Source: Deltaproteobacteria bacterium
Lineage (GTDB): Bacteria > Desulfobacterota > Binatia > DP-6
Length of the DNA: 11,048 bases
Assembly: GCA_005888095.1 (NCBI GenBank)
Contig: VBKF01000068.1
Coordinates: 1-11,048, forward strand
Reading direction: 5' to 3'
Shown here piece after piece: positions 1 to 7,094 of this stretch; the stretch's first letter is position 1, and every line of letters starts with the position of its first letter. The notes beneath the pieces are model-generated. The model did no database searches. It saw only the letters and a program-made list of their open reading frames with translations, and had not been told where the DNA came from. A program made the translations under genes and the position numbers.

Positions 1-272
1 CCGGGTGCGGTGGCGCGCATGGTCTCGGCGAGCGCCCGCGCCGTCGCGTACTGGAATGACATCGCGGAGTAGCCCACGAGATCGGGCGCGAAGGCCGCGA
101 CCTCCTCGAGCACGCGGCGGCGCACGCCTTTCGGGCGCATGACGAGGTCGAGGATGCGGACCTCGTGCCCGGGCACCTGGGCCGCGATCGAGCAGAGCCC
201 GAGGTTCGGGAACTTCATCACGCGGTCGAGGGAGGAGGCCGTGTCGGGCATCGCCACGAGAAGGATCCGCAT
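1..272 (-). CDS. B12-binding-domain radical SAM protein, N-terminal ~90 aa only (gene continues beyond the left edge)
   Basis: Minus-strand translation from ATG 272..270 gives MRILLVAMPDTASSLDRVMKFPNLGLCSIAAQVPGHEVRILDLVMRPKGVRRRVLEEVAAFAPDLVGYSAMSFQYATARALAETMRATAP... The MRILLV / PNLGL..IAA / GHEV.ILDL / PDLVG.S pattern is the canonical N-terminal cobalamin-binding Rossmann domain of class B radical SAM enzymes. There is an AGGAC Shine-Dalgarno 5 nt upstream on the minus strand. It is absent from the ORF track because it runs off the window. The CxxxCxxC radical SAM core is not visible within the window. Confidence 0.6.
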   Translation of the reverse strand, partial: MRILLVAMPDTASSLDRVMKFPNLGLCSIAAQVPGHEVRILDLVMRPKGVRRRVLEEVAAFAPDLVGYSAMSFQYATARALAETMRATAP

Positions 273-1275
273 GCGGCGTCCTATGGACGCGCCGTCCGGT
301 CGCGTCAATACTGTTCGCCGTGCGGGCGCGATCGCGGTCGAGGGCATCGTCAAGCGCTACGGATCGCGCGTCGCGCTGGCCGGCGTCACGTTCGACGTCG
401 GCCCCGGCGAGATCGTCGGACTCCTCGGGCCGAACGGCGCCGGGAAGTCGACGATGCTGTCGATCCTCGCGACCGTGCTCGTCGCCGACGCCGGCACGGC
501 AACCGTCGCCGGCCACCGGCTGCCGGTCGAGGCGTGCGCCGCCCGCCACGTGCTCGGACTCGTCCCGCAGCAGACGGCCGTCTACCCCACCCTCACGGCC
601 ACCGAGAACCTCCGCTTCTTTGCCCGCATGCAGGGTCTCGGCGGGACCGCGGCTGCGGAGGCGGTGCGGCGCGCGCTGGCGCTCATCGGGCTCGAGGGGC
701 GCGCCGACGAGCCCGTCTGGCGCTTCTCGGGCGGCATGCGCCGACGCCTGAACCTCGCCTGCGGTGTCCTGCACGAGCCGCGTGTCCTCCTGCTCGACGA
801 GCCGACCGTCGGCGTCGACCCGCAGTCCCGCGAGCGCATCTTCGCGGCGGTCGAGGCGCTGGCACGGGCCGGGGCCGCCGTCCTGTACAGCACGCATGAC
901 ATGGAGGAAGCCGAGCGCCTGGCGGACCGGATCGTCCTCCTGGATCGCGGCGGGGTCGCCGCGGCGGGAACCGCGGCCGAGCTGGTCGCCGCGGCCCGCC
1001 TGACACCGCGTCTCCACCTGCGGACGAGGGGCGCATTGCGGGGCGGCTGGCTCGCGCATGTGACCGGTGCCCGGGCGCTCGATGGCACGGGGAGCGAGGT
1101 CGTCGTGGAGATCATCGACACGGCCGTCGTGGCGGGCGTGCTCCGCGCCGTGGCGGAGGCGGGCGGCGACGTCCTGGAGCTCGTCCTCCACCGCCCGAGC
1201 CTCGCGGACGTCTTCTTCGCCCTCACCGGCCACGGTCTCCGCGACGACGAGAGCCCGGCCGCCGCGGCGGGCTGA
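271..1275 (+). CDS. ABC transporter ATP-binding protein (DrrA-like ATPase of an ABC-2 exporter)
   Basis: Walker A GLLGPNGAGKST, Q-loop VPQQTAVY, ABC signature FSGGMRRRLNLA, Walker B LLLDEPTVGVDP, H-loop YSTHD, plus a ~100-aa C-terminal regulatory extension typical of DrrA-type ATPases. Start chosen at ATG 271, which has GAGAAGGA 5 nt upstream; ATG 283 is an alternative. The track start at 139 would run antisense through the radical SAM N-terminus. Stop TGA 1273-1275. Confidence 0.85.
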   Translation: MRRPMDAPSGRVNTVRRAGAIAVEGIVKRYGSRVALAGVTFDVGPGEIVGLLGPNGAGKSTMLSILATVLVADAGTATVAGHRLPVEACAARHVLGLVPQQTAVYPTLTATENLRFFARMQGLGGTAAAEAVRRALALIGLEGRADEPVWRFSGGMRRRLNLACGVLHEPRVLLLDEPTVGVDPQSRERIFAAVEALARAGAAVLYSTHDMEEAERLADRIVLLDRGGVAAAGTAAELVAAARLTPRLHLRTRGALRGGWLAHVTGARALDGTGSEVVVEIIDTAVVAGVLRAVAEAGGDVLELVLHRPSLADVFFALTGHGLRDDESPAAAAG

Positions 1276-2939
1276 TGCTTGGCGCCCTCGGCGCGGCGAT
1301 CGCCAAGGACCTACGCCTCGTCGGCCGCGACCGGGCCGGGCTCGTCTTCCTGGCCCTCGCACCCGTCGTGGTCATCGCCGTCGCCGGCTTCTCGCTGGCC
1401 GGCCTCTTCGGTGCCGCGTCGGGCGGCACGAGCGCCTACATCATGCCCGTGGCCGACGAGGACGGCGGTCGCCTGGGCCGGGCGCTCCGGGCCGGGCTGG
1501 CGGGGGAGCCGGCGATCGAGGTCCATGCGGTGGCGGACCGCAACGCGGCGCGGGCGCTCGTCCGCCGCGGGGTCGCCGGCGCGGCGCTCGTCATCCCGCC
1601 GGGCGCGTCGGCCGCTCTACTCGCCGGGCAACCGGTGTCGCTCCTCCTGTACACTGATCCCGTCAAGTATCTCGAGGTGGCGAATGTCCGCGCCCTCGTC
1701 CAGGAGGCGCGGCACCGGGTCGAGGCGTCCGCCCGCACGCGCGCCCGCCATCGCCTCGTCGAGGCGCGGCACGGCGCGCGCGCGGCGAGGCGGCGGTTCG
1801 AACGCTCGGCCCGCGCGCTGCGGCAGGCGGTCGACGGCCTGGCCGCCCGGCTCGCGGCGGCCCACACCGACATGGAGCGGCGTCTCAGCGCCCTCCGAAC
1901 CGAGACCGACACCGCTCTTCGCGGTGCGGCCGCTCGCCGAGCCGCGGCCGCCCGCGCCCGGCTGGCCGCCGAGCTCGCCCCCCTGCACCAGTTCCTCGAC
2001 GACCTCACGGCGCGCCAGCGGGCGTTCGCCGACTGGCTCACCGAGGCGCGGGCGCGCGCCGGGCGCTTCGCGGACCGCCTGCCGCCGCCTCCAGCGCCCC
2101 CCTCCGTCCCGCCGGCGGTCGCGGCGCTCGCGGCTGCCGACGCGAAGACGCTGGCCGAGCGGCTCCTCCCGGCCGAAGAGACGGCGCTCGAGGTCCCGCA
2201 TGTCACTCTGCCGCCCCCGCCGTCTCTTCCCGCACTCGACTTCCCGGCCTCCCCGGAGCTCCCCGCCGCGCGCCTGCCCGGCTCTCTGGACGTCGTGGAG
2301 GCGAGCGTCACCGGCGCCCCCGCGCGTCTCAACGCCTTCGACCAGAACGTGCCGGGCTTCAGCGTGACCTTCCTGCTCCTCGGCATGCTGCTCGGCGTGT
2401 CGCTCGGCCTCCTCGACGAGCGTGACTGGGGGACGCTCGCGCGCCTGCGCGCGATGCCGGCGCCGTTCGCCGCGACGCTGGTCGCAAAGCTCCTCGCGCG
2501 CTTCCTCGTGGGGCTCGTGCAGATGATCGCCCTCTTCGCCGTCGGCCGCCTCGTCTTCGGCGTCTCCCTCGGCCCCGAGCCGTGGGCGCTCCTCCTGCCG
2601 ACGGCGGGCATCGTCTTCGCCGCGACCGCCTTCGGCCTCGTCGTGGCCGGGATGGCGCGCAGCCGCGATGCCGTCCTCCCCGTCGGCTCGATCGCCATCG
2701 TCACCATGGCCGCCGCCGGCGGCTGCTGGTGGCCGCTCGAGTTGGAGCCCGCCTGGATGCGCCAGGCCGCGCTCGCGCTCCCGACCACGTGGGCGATGCG
2801 CGCCTACAACGATCTCATGATCCGCCGCGAGTACCTCGCGGCGGCTTTCGAGCCGACCGCCGTGCTCCTCGCGTACGGAGCGGCGTACCTGCTCCTCGGG
2901 CTCGTGCTCTTCCGTCGCCACACGCTCGGCCACGTCTGA
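1275..2939 (+). CDS. ABC-2 family permease with large extracytoplasmic coiled-coil/Pro-rich domain (YhgE/Pip-like topology)
   Basis: ATG 1275 shares its A with the upstream TGA (TGATG), so the two genes are translationally coupled. There is an N-terminal TM helix (LVFLALAPVVVIAVAGFSLAGLFGA). This is followed by ~330 aa of Ala/Arg-rich heptad-like sequence with internal ARHR.VEA repeats and the Pro-rich tracts LPPPPAPPSVPP and TLPPPPSLP. Five C-terminal TM helices follow (FSVTFLLLGMLLGVSLGLL ... TAVLLAYGAAYLLLGLVLF), which is the ABC-2 membrane-domain arrangement. GC3 is about 95%. Confidence 0.8.
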   Translation: MLGALGAAIAKDLRLVGRDRAGLVFLALAPVVVIAVAGFSLAGLFGAASGGTSAYIMPVADEDGGRLGRALRAGLAGEPAIEVHAVADRNAARALVRRGVAGAALVIPPGASAALLAGQPVSLLLYTDPVKYLEVANVRALVQEARHRVEASARTRARHRLVEARHGARAARRRFERSARALRQAVDGLAARLAAAHTDMERRLSALRTETDTALRGAAARRAAAARARLAAELAPLHQFLDDLTARQRAFADWLTEARARAGRFADRLPPPPAPPSVPPAVAALAAADAKTLAERLLPAEETALEVPHVTLPPPPSLPALDFPASPELPAARLPGSLDVVEASVTGAPARLNAFDQNVPGFSVTFLLLGMLLGVSLGLLDERDWGTLARLRAMPAPFAATLVAKLLARFLVGLVQMIALFAVGRLVFGVSLGPEPWALLLPTAGIVFAATAFGLVVAGMARSRDAVLPVGSIAIVTMAAAGGCWWPLELEPAWMRQAALALPTTWAMRAYNDLMIRREYLAAAFEPTAVLLAYGAAYLLLGLVLFRRHTLGHV

Positions 2940-2986
2940 GGCCGGCTCCCTTGCCGCCCGGTGCGGGGCTGTGGAATAGGCCGCGC

Positions 2987-4195
2987 ATGGCGCTTCCCCT
3001 CGAGGGCATCCGCGTGATCGACTGGACGATCTGGCAACAAGGGCCCGTCGCCTCCGTGATGCTCGGCGACCTCGGTGCCGAGGTGATCAAGGTCGAGGCG
3101 CGCGAGGGCGATCCGGGCCGAGGCATCCTGCGCGCGCAGGGCCTCGACCTCTCCGACCGGCCGAACTTCTACTTCGAGGCCAACAACCGGAACAAGAAGA
3201 GCCTGGCGATCGACCTGAAGAAGCCCGAGGGAGCCGAGATCGTCCGCCGGCTCACGGACCGTGCCGACGTCTTCGTGCAGAACTTCCGCAAGGGCGTGGC
3301 GGCGCGGCTCGGCCTCGACGCGGCGGCGCTCCGCGCGCGCAACCCTCGGCTGATCTATGCGAGCGCCTCGGGCTACGGCCCCGAGGGCGAGGAGAGCGGC
3401 GCGCCGTCGTTCGACTACCTCGGCCTCGCCCGCTCCGGGATCATGTATGCCTGCGGTGAGCCGGACGACCCCCCGATGGCGATCGCCGGCGGCATCGCCG
3501 ACCAGATGGGCGCCGTGATGCTCGCCTATGCCATCATGATCGCGCTCTTCGCGCGCGAGCGCACGGGCGCCGGCCAGGAAGTGGACGCCTCACACCTGGG
3601 GTCGATGGCCTGGCTCCAGGGTCTCGGCCTTTCCGCCCGGCTCATGCTGGGGCGCGCCCTCCCCCGCCAGCCGCGGCGCTCTGCGGTCAACCCGCTCTGG
3701 AACCACTACCGCTGCGCCGACGATCAATGGATCGCCCTCAGCATGCTCCAGCCCGATCGCTACTGGGCGCAGTTCTGCGCGGCGCTCGAGATTCCCGAGG
3801 CCGCGAGCGACCCGCGCTTCCGGACGATGCTCGACCGCATGATGAACTGCACCGACTGCATCGCGCTCCTCGACGAGGTCTTCGCCCGCCGGCCGCGCGC
3901 CGAGTGGCTGCGCCGTTTGGCCGAGGGCGGCGACTTCATCTTCTCGATCATCAACTCGGTGGACGACCTGCCCGACGACCCGCAGATGGTGGTGAACGGC
4001 TACCTCACCTCGTTCGACCACCCGACGTTCGGCCCGACGCGGGTGATGGGCATCCCGGTGCGGATGAGTGCGACACCGGGCGAGATCCGGCTCCCGGCGC
4101 CGGAGCTCGGGCAGCACACGGAGGAGATCCTGATCGACCTCCTCGGCTACACGTGGGAGGAGATCGCCCGCCTGCGCGAGGCGGAGGTCATCTAG
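2987..4195 (+). CDS. CoA-transferase family III protein (CaiB/BaiF family)
   Basis: Translation from ATG 2987: MALPLEGIRVIDWTIWQQGPVASVMLGDLGAEVIKVE ... VFVQNFRKGVAARLGLD ... NPRLIYASASGYGPEGEESGAPSFDYLGLARSGIMYACGEPDDPPM ... TGAGQEVDASHLGSMAW. The N-terminal Rossmann motif (G.RV.D.T...GP.....L.DLGAEVIKVE), the N(F/Y)RPG-like VQNFRKG segment and the central Asp-containing segment are hallmarks of CaiB/BaiF. The 5' 405 nt of track ORF 2582..4195 is an Arg/Pro-rich out-of-frame shadow of the permease gene. Stop TAG 4193-4195. Confidence 0.85.
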   Translation: MALPLEGIRVIDWTIWQQGPVASVMLGDLGAEVIKVEAREGDPGRGILRAQGLDLSDRPNFYFEANNRNKKSLAIDLKKPEGAEIVRRLTDRADVFVQNFRKGVAARLGLDAAALRARNPRLIYASASGYGPEGEESGAPSFDYLGLARSGIMYACGEPDDPPMAIAGGIADQMGAVMLAYAIMIALFARERTGAGQEVDASHLGSMAWLQGLGLSARLMLGRALPRQPRRSAVNPLWNHYRCADDQWIALSMLQPDRYWAQFCAALEIPEAASDPRFRTMLDRMMNCTDCIALLDEVFARRPRAEWLRRLAEGGDFIFSIINSVDDLPDDPQMVVNGYLTSFDHPTFGPTRVMGIPVRMSATPGEIRLPAPELGQHTEEILIDLLGYTWEEIARLREAEVI

Positions 4196-4222
4196 CAGCG
4201 TCCGATGATCCCAACGATGTCT

Positions 4223-4250
4223 TTGCCACCTTCGATCTCCTGCGTAAGTT
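4223..4250 (+). promoter_or_regulatory. sigma70-like promoter candidate for the flotillin-like gene (-35 TTGCCA, 16-nt spacer, -10 TAAGTT)
   Basis: TTGCCA at 4223-4228 and TAAGTT at 4245-4250 sit in a conspicuous AT-rich 77-bp intergenic patch (4196-4272) inside otherwise >70% GC DNA. GGAGGG (4262-4267) lies 5 nt before ATG 4273. Confidence 0.3.
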
Positions 4251-4272
4251 AGTCAGTCAATGGAGGGACTCG

Positions 4273-6264
4273 ATGAGCACTGCTGTCTATGCGACATTCC
4301 AAGGACTTCTCGTCTTGGCGCTGCTCGGTGCAGTTTGCTTCATCGTGTTCATGTCAGTGCACTTGATCGGCTCCGACGAAATCGGTCTGGTCAACAAGCG
4401 CTTCTCGTTCAAGAAGCTCCCGGGCGACAACCCGATAGCCTTCCGCGGCGAGGCGGGCTACCAAGCGGCCCTCCTCATGCCCGGATGGCGGTGGAAGATC
4501 TGGCCGATCTTCTCCGTTGAAGTCCATCCCTGGGTTCAGGTCCCCGCCGGACAGATCGGTCTGGTCATCGCCCAGGTGGGTACGCCGTTGCCGATCGGCG
4601 CGAAGTCCGCCGTCTACAAGCGGGAGTTCGGCAACTTCGTCGATCTCCCGGCCTTCGTGGATCGTGGCGGGCAGAAGGGGGTCCAACGGCAGGTGCTCCC
4701 GCCAGGTACGTTGGCGCCGATCCATCCCGTGGCCTTCCTCGTCCTGACTGCTGAGGGAGCCTTCGGTGTGCCCTTGGATGAGTCGGTACGGGAGAATCCA
4801 GCCGCCGGGCTGATGAAGGCGTACGGCCTGACCCCCGACCAGCTGAAAGTAGTGAGGATCCAACCTCGGGTCGAAGAGAGTCGGGTGCTTGACGTGGTTG
4901 GAGTGGTTACGACCTACGAAGGCGACCCGCTCCCCAAGGGTGACATCGCGTGCCGCTTGGACGGCTTCGACGATATCAAGAACTACGAGAGCGATCGGGC
5001 TGAGGGTTACAGTCCCTCCGAAGCGATCGAGATGGTGCTCGGGAGCAAGAACCAACTCCACAACAACTACCAGGACTTCCAGACCTTCCTCGACAAGGGC
5101 GGCAAGATCGGCCTGCAGCATGACCCGCTGTTGTACGGAGCGTACAACCTCAATCCCGTGCTGGTTCGCGTGGAGCTCGTCCCGATGCTGGTCGTCCAGC
5201 AAGGTCAGGTCGCGGTCGTCAAGTCCTACGTCGGGCTCCCGACACAAGACGTGTCGGGGCTGGACTTCAAGTTCGGCAGCTTGGTCCGCCCCGGACACCG
5301 GGGGATCTGGCAGGAGCCGCTACGCACCGGCAAGTACCCGTTGAACCCGCGCATTTACCAAGCCGAGATCGTCCCCACGTCGATCTTGACCCTCAACTGG
5401 GCCGCCGCCACGTCCCAAGCTCACCAGCTGGACAAAGGCCTCAGCCAGATCGAGGCGAAGTCCCGGGAAGGTTTCGTCTTCATGATCGATCTCCAGGTGC
5501 AGATCCACGTACCGGATACGTTGGCGCCGCAGGTCATCTCGATTGTCGGGACGATGCTCAACCTGGTCAACGAGGTGCTCCAGGCCGCGGTCGGGAACCA
5601 CTTCCGAGACAAGCTCCAGTCGATGGCGGCTATCACCTTCATCCAGACCCGCCAGCAGGTCCAGGAGGAAGCCATGGAGCACATCAAGACGAAGCTGGCC
5701 GAGTACCGGGTCGAGGTCCGAGGCGTCTACATCCAGGACGTAATCCTCCCCGAGCAGCTCGTGCGGGTCCTGACCGATCGCGAAGTGGCCAACCAACAGG
5801 TCGAGACCCTGAAGATGCAAGAGTCGGCCAACAAGCAGCGGATCGAGACCGAGAAGGCTGCGGGGTTGGGCGACGCGCAGCGGGAGCTCGCCAAGTCCGA
5901 GGTCGGCGTCAAGATCAAGGAGAACAATGCTCTGGCTCGGAAGGCCGAAGCCGACGGCGAGGCGACCTACACGGAGAAGACCGGTGCTGCGCGTGGGGCC
6001 GAGGTGCGAGCGGTCGGGCTGGCCCGTGCCGAGGCGTACGACCGTCAGGTGCAAGCCTTAGGACCCACGGCAACGGCCTTGGTCAACGTCATTGACGCGC
6101 TCTCCCGAATCAACCAGCCGATCGTCCCGGAGGTCCTGGTCAACGGGGGTAACACGTTCGACGCCCTGGCCGGCACGCTCGTAAGGAACTTCCTCAAGGC
6201 GCAGACGCCCACAGGTGGGGAGGTGAGCCCGAGCAAAGACACGCTTTCGGATCGTAGCAAATGA
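4273..6264 (+). CDS. SPFH/band-7 flotillin-like membrane protein (YqiK/FloT family) with long insertion, 663 aa
   Basis: ATG 4273 has a strong RBS. There is an N-terminal TM (LLVLALLGAVCFIVFMSV). SPFH core segments: IGLVNKRF...IWPIFSVEVHPWVQVPAGQIGLV and FVFMIDLQVQIHVPDTLAPQVISIVG...VGNHFRDKLQSMA. The C-terminal Glu/Ala-rich flotillin coiled coil runs VETLKMQESANKQRIETEKAAGLGDAQRELAKSEVGVKIKENNALARKAEADGEA. The first 546 nt of track ORF 3727..6264 overlap the CoA-transferase gene out of frame and are not part of this gene. GC and GC3 are markedly lower than in the flanking genes. Confidence 0.8.
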   Translation: MSTAVYATFQGLLVLALLGAVCFIVFMSVHLIGSDEIGLVNKRFSFKKLPGDNPIAFRGEAGYQAALLMPGWRWKIWPIFSVEVHPWVQVPAGQIGLVIAQVGTPLPIGAKSAVYKREFGNFVDLPAFVDRGGQKGVQRQVLPPGTLAPIHPVAFLVLTAEGAFGVPLDESVRENPAAGLMKAYGLTPDQLKVVRIQPRVEESRVLDVVGVVTTYEGDPLPKGDIACRLDGFDDIKNYESDRAEGYSPSEAIEMVLGSKNQLHNNYQDFQTFLDKGGKIGLQHDPLLYGAYNLNPVLVRVELVPMLVVQQGQVAVVKSYVGLPTQDVSGLDFKFGSLVRPGHRGIWQEPLRTGKYPLNPRIYQAEIVPTSILTLNWAAATSQAHQLDKGLSQIEAKSREGFVFMIDLQVQIHVPDTLAPQVISIVGTMLNLVNEVLQAAVGNHFRDKLQSMAAITFIQTRQQVQEEAMEHIKTKLAEYRVEVRGVYIQDVILPEQLVRVLTDREVANQQVETLKMQESANKQRIETEKAAGLGDAQRELAKSEVGVKIKENNALARKAEADGEATYTEKTGAARGAEVRAVGLARAEAYDRQVQALGPTATALVNVIDALSRINQPIVPEVLVNGGNTFDALAGTLVRNFLKAQTPTGGEVSPSKDTLSDRSK

Positions 6265-6349
6265 TGTCACCTCATCCGCGTCGCCCCGCCTGCGAGCTTC
6301 GCCACGGCGCGGCGGTGCTCCTCCCTCGACGACGCTCGCGAGGACCGCG

Positions 6350-6662
6350 GTGCTCGCGCCCGCAGGTAGAAATACTTCATCGCTGGTGCGCCCTATCAGA
6401 ATCCTGATCCGCCCCATTTCCGACCTACGCAACAAGACGCCGGAGATCGAAAGAATCTGCCGCAAGTCGGGAGAGCCGGTCTTCATCACCAAGAACGGCG
6501 AGAACTACCTTGTCGTCCTGAGCGCGGCGGCCTACGAACGTGACCAGGCCAGGCTCAAACTCTATGAGCTGCTGGCAGCCGCCGAGAGCGACGTTCGCAA
6601 GGGGGATCGCGGCGGTTCCCCTGAAGACGCTCGCCGCCGTGCTTCGCAAGGCGCGCGAGTGA
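6350..6662 (+). pseudogene. Phd/YefM (StbD-like) type II antitoxin, disrupted by a +1 frameshift at a G5 run (6601-6605)
   Basis: The frame from GTG 6350 (GAGGA RBS 4 nt upstream; GTG 6386 is an alternative) gives ...IRPISDLRNKTPEIERICRKSGEPVFITKNGENYLVVLSAAAYERDQARLKLYELLAAAESDVRKG, a typical Phd/StbD antitoxin. After GGGGG at 6601-6605, the -1 frame reads IAAVPLKTLAAVLRKARE* and ends at TGA 6660-6662. That stop overlaps the toxin GTG 6659 (GTGA), which is the canonical antitoxin-toxin junction. As sequenced, the antitoxin frame instead reads through into the toxin N-terminus (track ORF 6350..6736). Confidence 0.55.
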
Positions 6663-6947
6663 AGCGCCCAGTTCGGGTTCTTCGCCTGGCCCAGCTCGAT
6701 CTGCTCGAGATACAGGCTTACCTGCGTCGCCGATGACTGCGACCACCCGGCTGATCAACCAGCTCGTGGCAACTCGAGCGTCTCGCGACACTTCCCTTAC
6801 GAGCGCCCCAGGGATGAGGGTCTTCGCAAGGTCGGCTACCGCTACGTCGTCCGCGGCGAGTATCTGATCTTCTACAAGGTGTTGCGCTCCTACGTCCGGG
6901 TCTACCGCGTTCTCCATGGTCGTCGCATGCACCGGGATCTCCTCTGA
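6659..6947 (+). pseudogene. ParE/RelE-family toxin, frameshifted
   Basis: The N-terminus from GTG 6659 (frame 2) is VKRPVRVLRLAQLDLLEIQAYL, matching the ParE N-terminus (K.Y.L...A..DL..I..Y), and stops at TGA 6734-6736. The C-terminus is in frame 0 (open 6663-6947): ...RHFPYERPRDEGLRKVGYRYVVRGEYLIFYKVLRSYVRVYRVLHGRRMHRDLL*, matching the ParE C-terminus (fP.mGR.r.el..g.R.....Y.ifYrv....v.IlRvlHgrrd). At least one +1 shift between 6663 and 6733 is needed to join the two parts. Confidence 0.65.
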
Positions 6948-6978
6948 AATACACGGCAACTACCCCGTAAACGTATCG

Positions 6979-6998
6979 GCCCCCGCCCGTTCGGGGGC
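6979..6998 (+). terminator. GC-rich hairpin downstream of the TA pair (GCCCCCG-CCCGTT-CGGGGGC), possible U-tract-less terminator
   Basis: A perfect 7-bp G/C stem with a 6-nt loop lies 32 nt after the toxin stop. There is no U-tract, which is common in high-GC actinobacterial terminators. Confidence 0.3.
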
Positions 6999-7057
6999 AC
7001 CAGGGCCGTCCCCAAGGGAGCTGTGCGGCAGCCCGCCGGGCCCGGTCGCCGTCGAGC

Positions 7058-7087
7058 TTGGCGGCCGATGGCGGCGGGCTCTATGCT
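7058..7087 (+). promoter_or_regulatory. promoter candidate for tag (-35 TTGGCG, 18-nt spacer, -10 TATGCT), predicting a leaderless mRNA
   Basis: TTGGCG at 7058-7063 and TATGCT at 7082-7087 (a TANNNT-type -10) place the predicted TSS 7-8 nt downstream at the A of ATG 7095. There is no SD in front of ATG 7095. Confidence 0.3.
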
Positions 7088-7094
7088 GCCGCCC

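Noticed and set aside
139-270. Track start of the ABC ATPase ORF at 139 (MTRSRMRTSCPGTWAAIEQSPRFGNF…)
   Set aside because: These 44 codons are antisense to a far more convincing radical SAM N-terminus (MRILLV…GHEVRILDL), and the conserved ATPase fold only begins after ATG 271/283. The ORF is open simply because the DNA is GC-rich.
165-2933. Long Arg/Pro/Ala-rich ORFs overlapping the ABC genes (165..899+, 320..751+, 582..1226-, 683..1036-, 1279..2367+, 1436..2788-, 1617..2933-)
   Set aside because: They are low-complexity translations of alternative or antisense frames of real, motif-bearing genes. No domain motifs are present, and this is typical of 75% GC DNA.
2582-2986. N-terminal 135-aa extension of the CoA-transferase ORF
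   Set aside because: It is an Arg/Pro-rich out-of-frame overlap with the permease 3' end. The CaiB/BaiF fold starts at MALPLEGIRVIDW (ATG 2987).
3727-4272. First 182 codons of track ORF 3727..6264, and ORF 4260..4520
   Set aside because: They overlap the CoA-transferase in another frame. The flotillin start is ATG 4273, which has GGAGGG 5 nt upstream. ORF 4260 is the +2-frame shadow.
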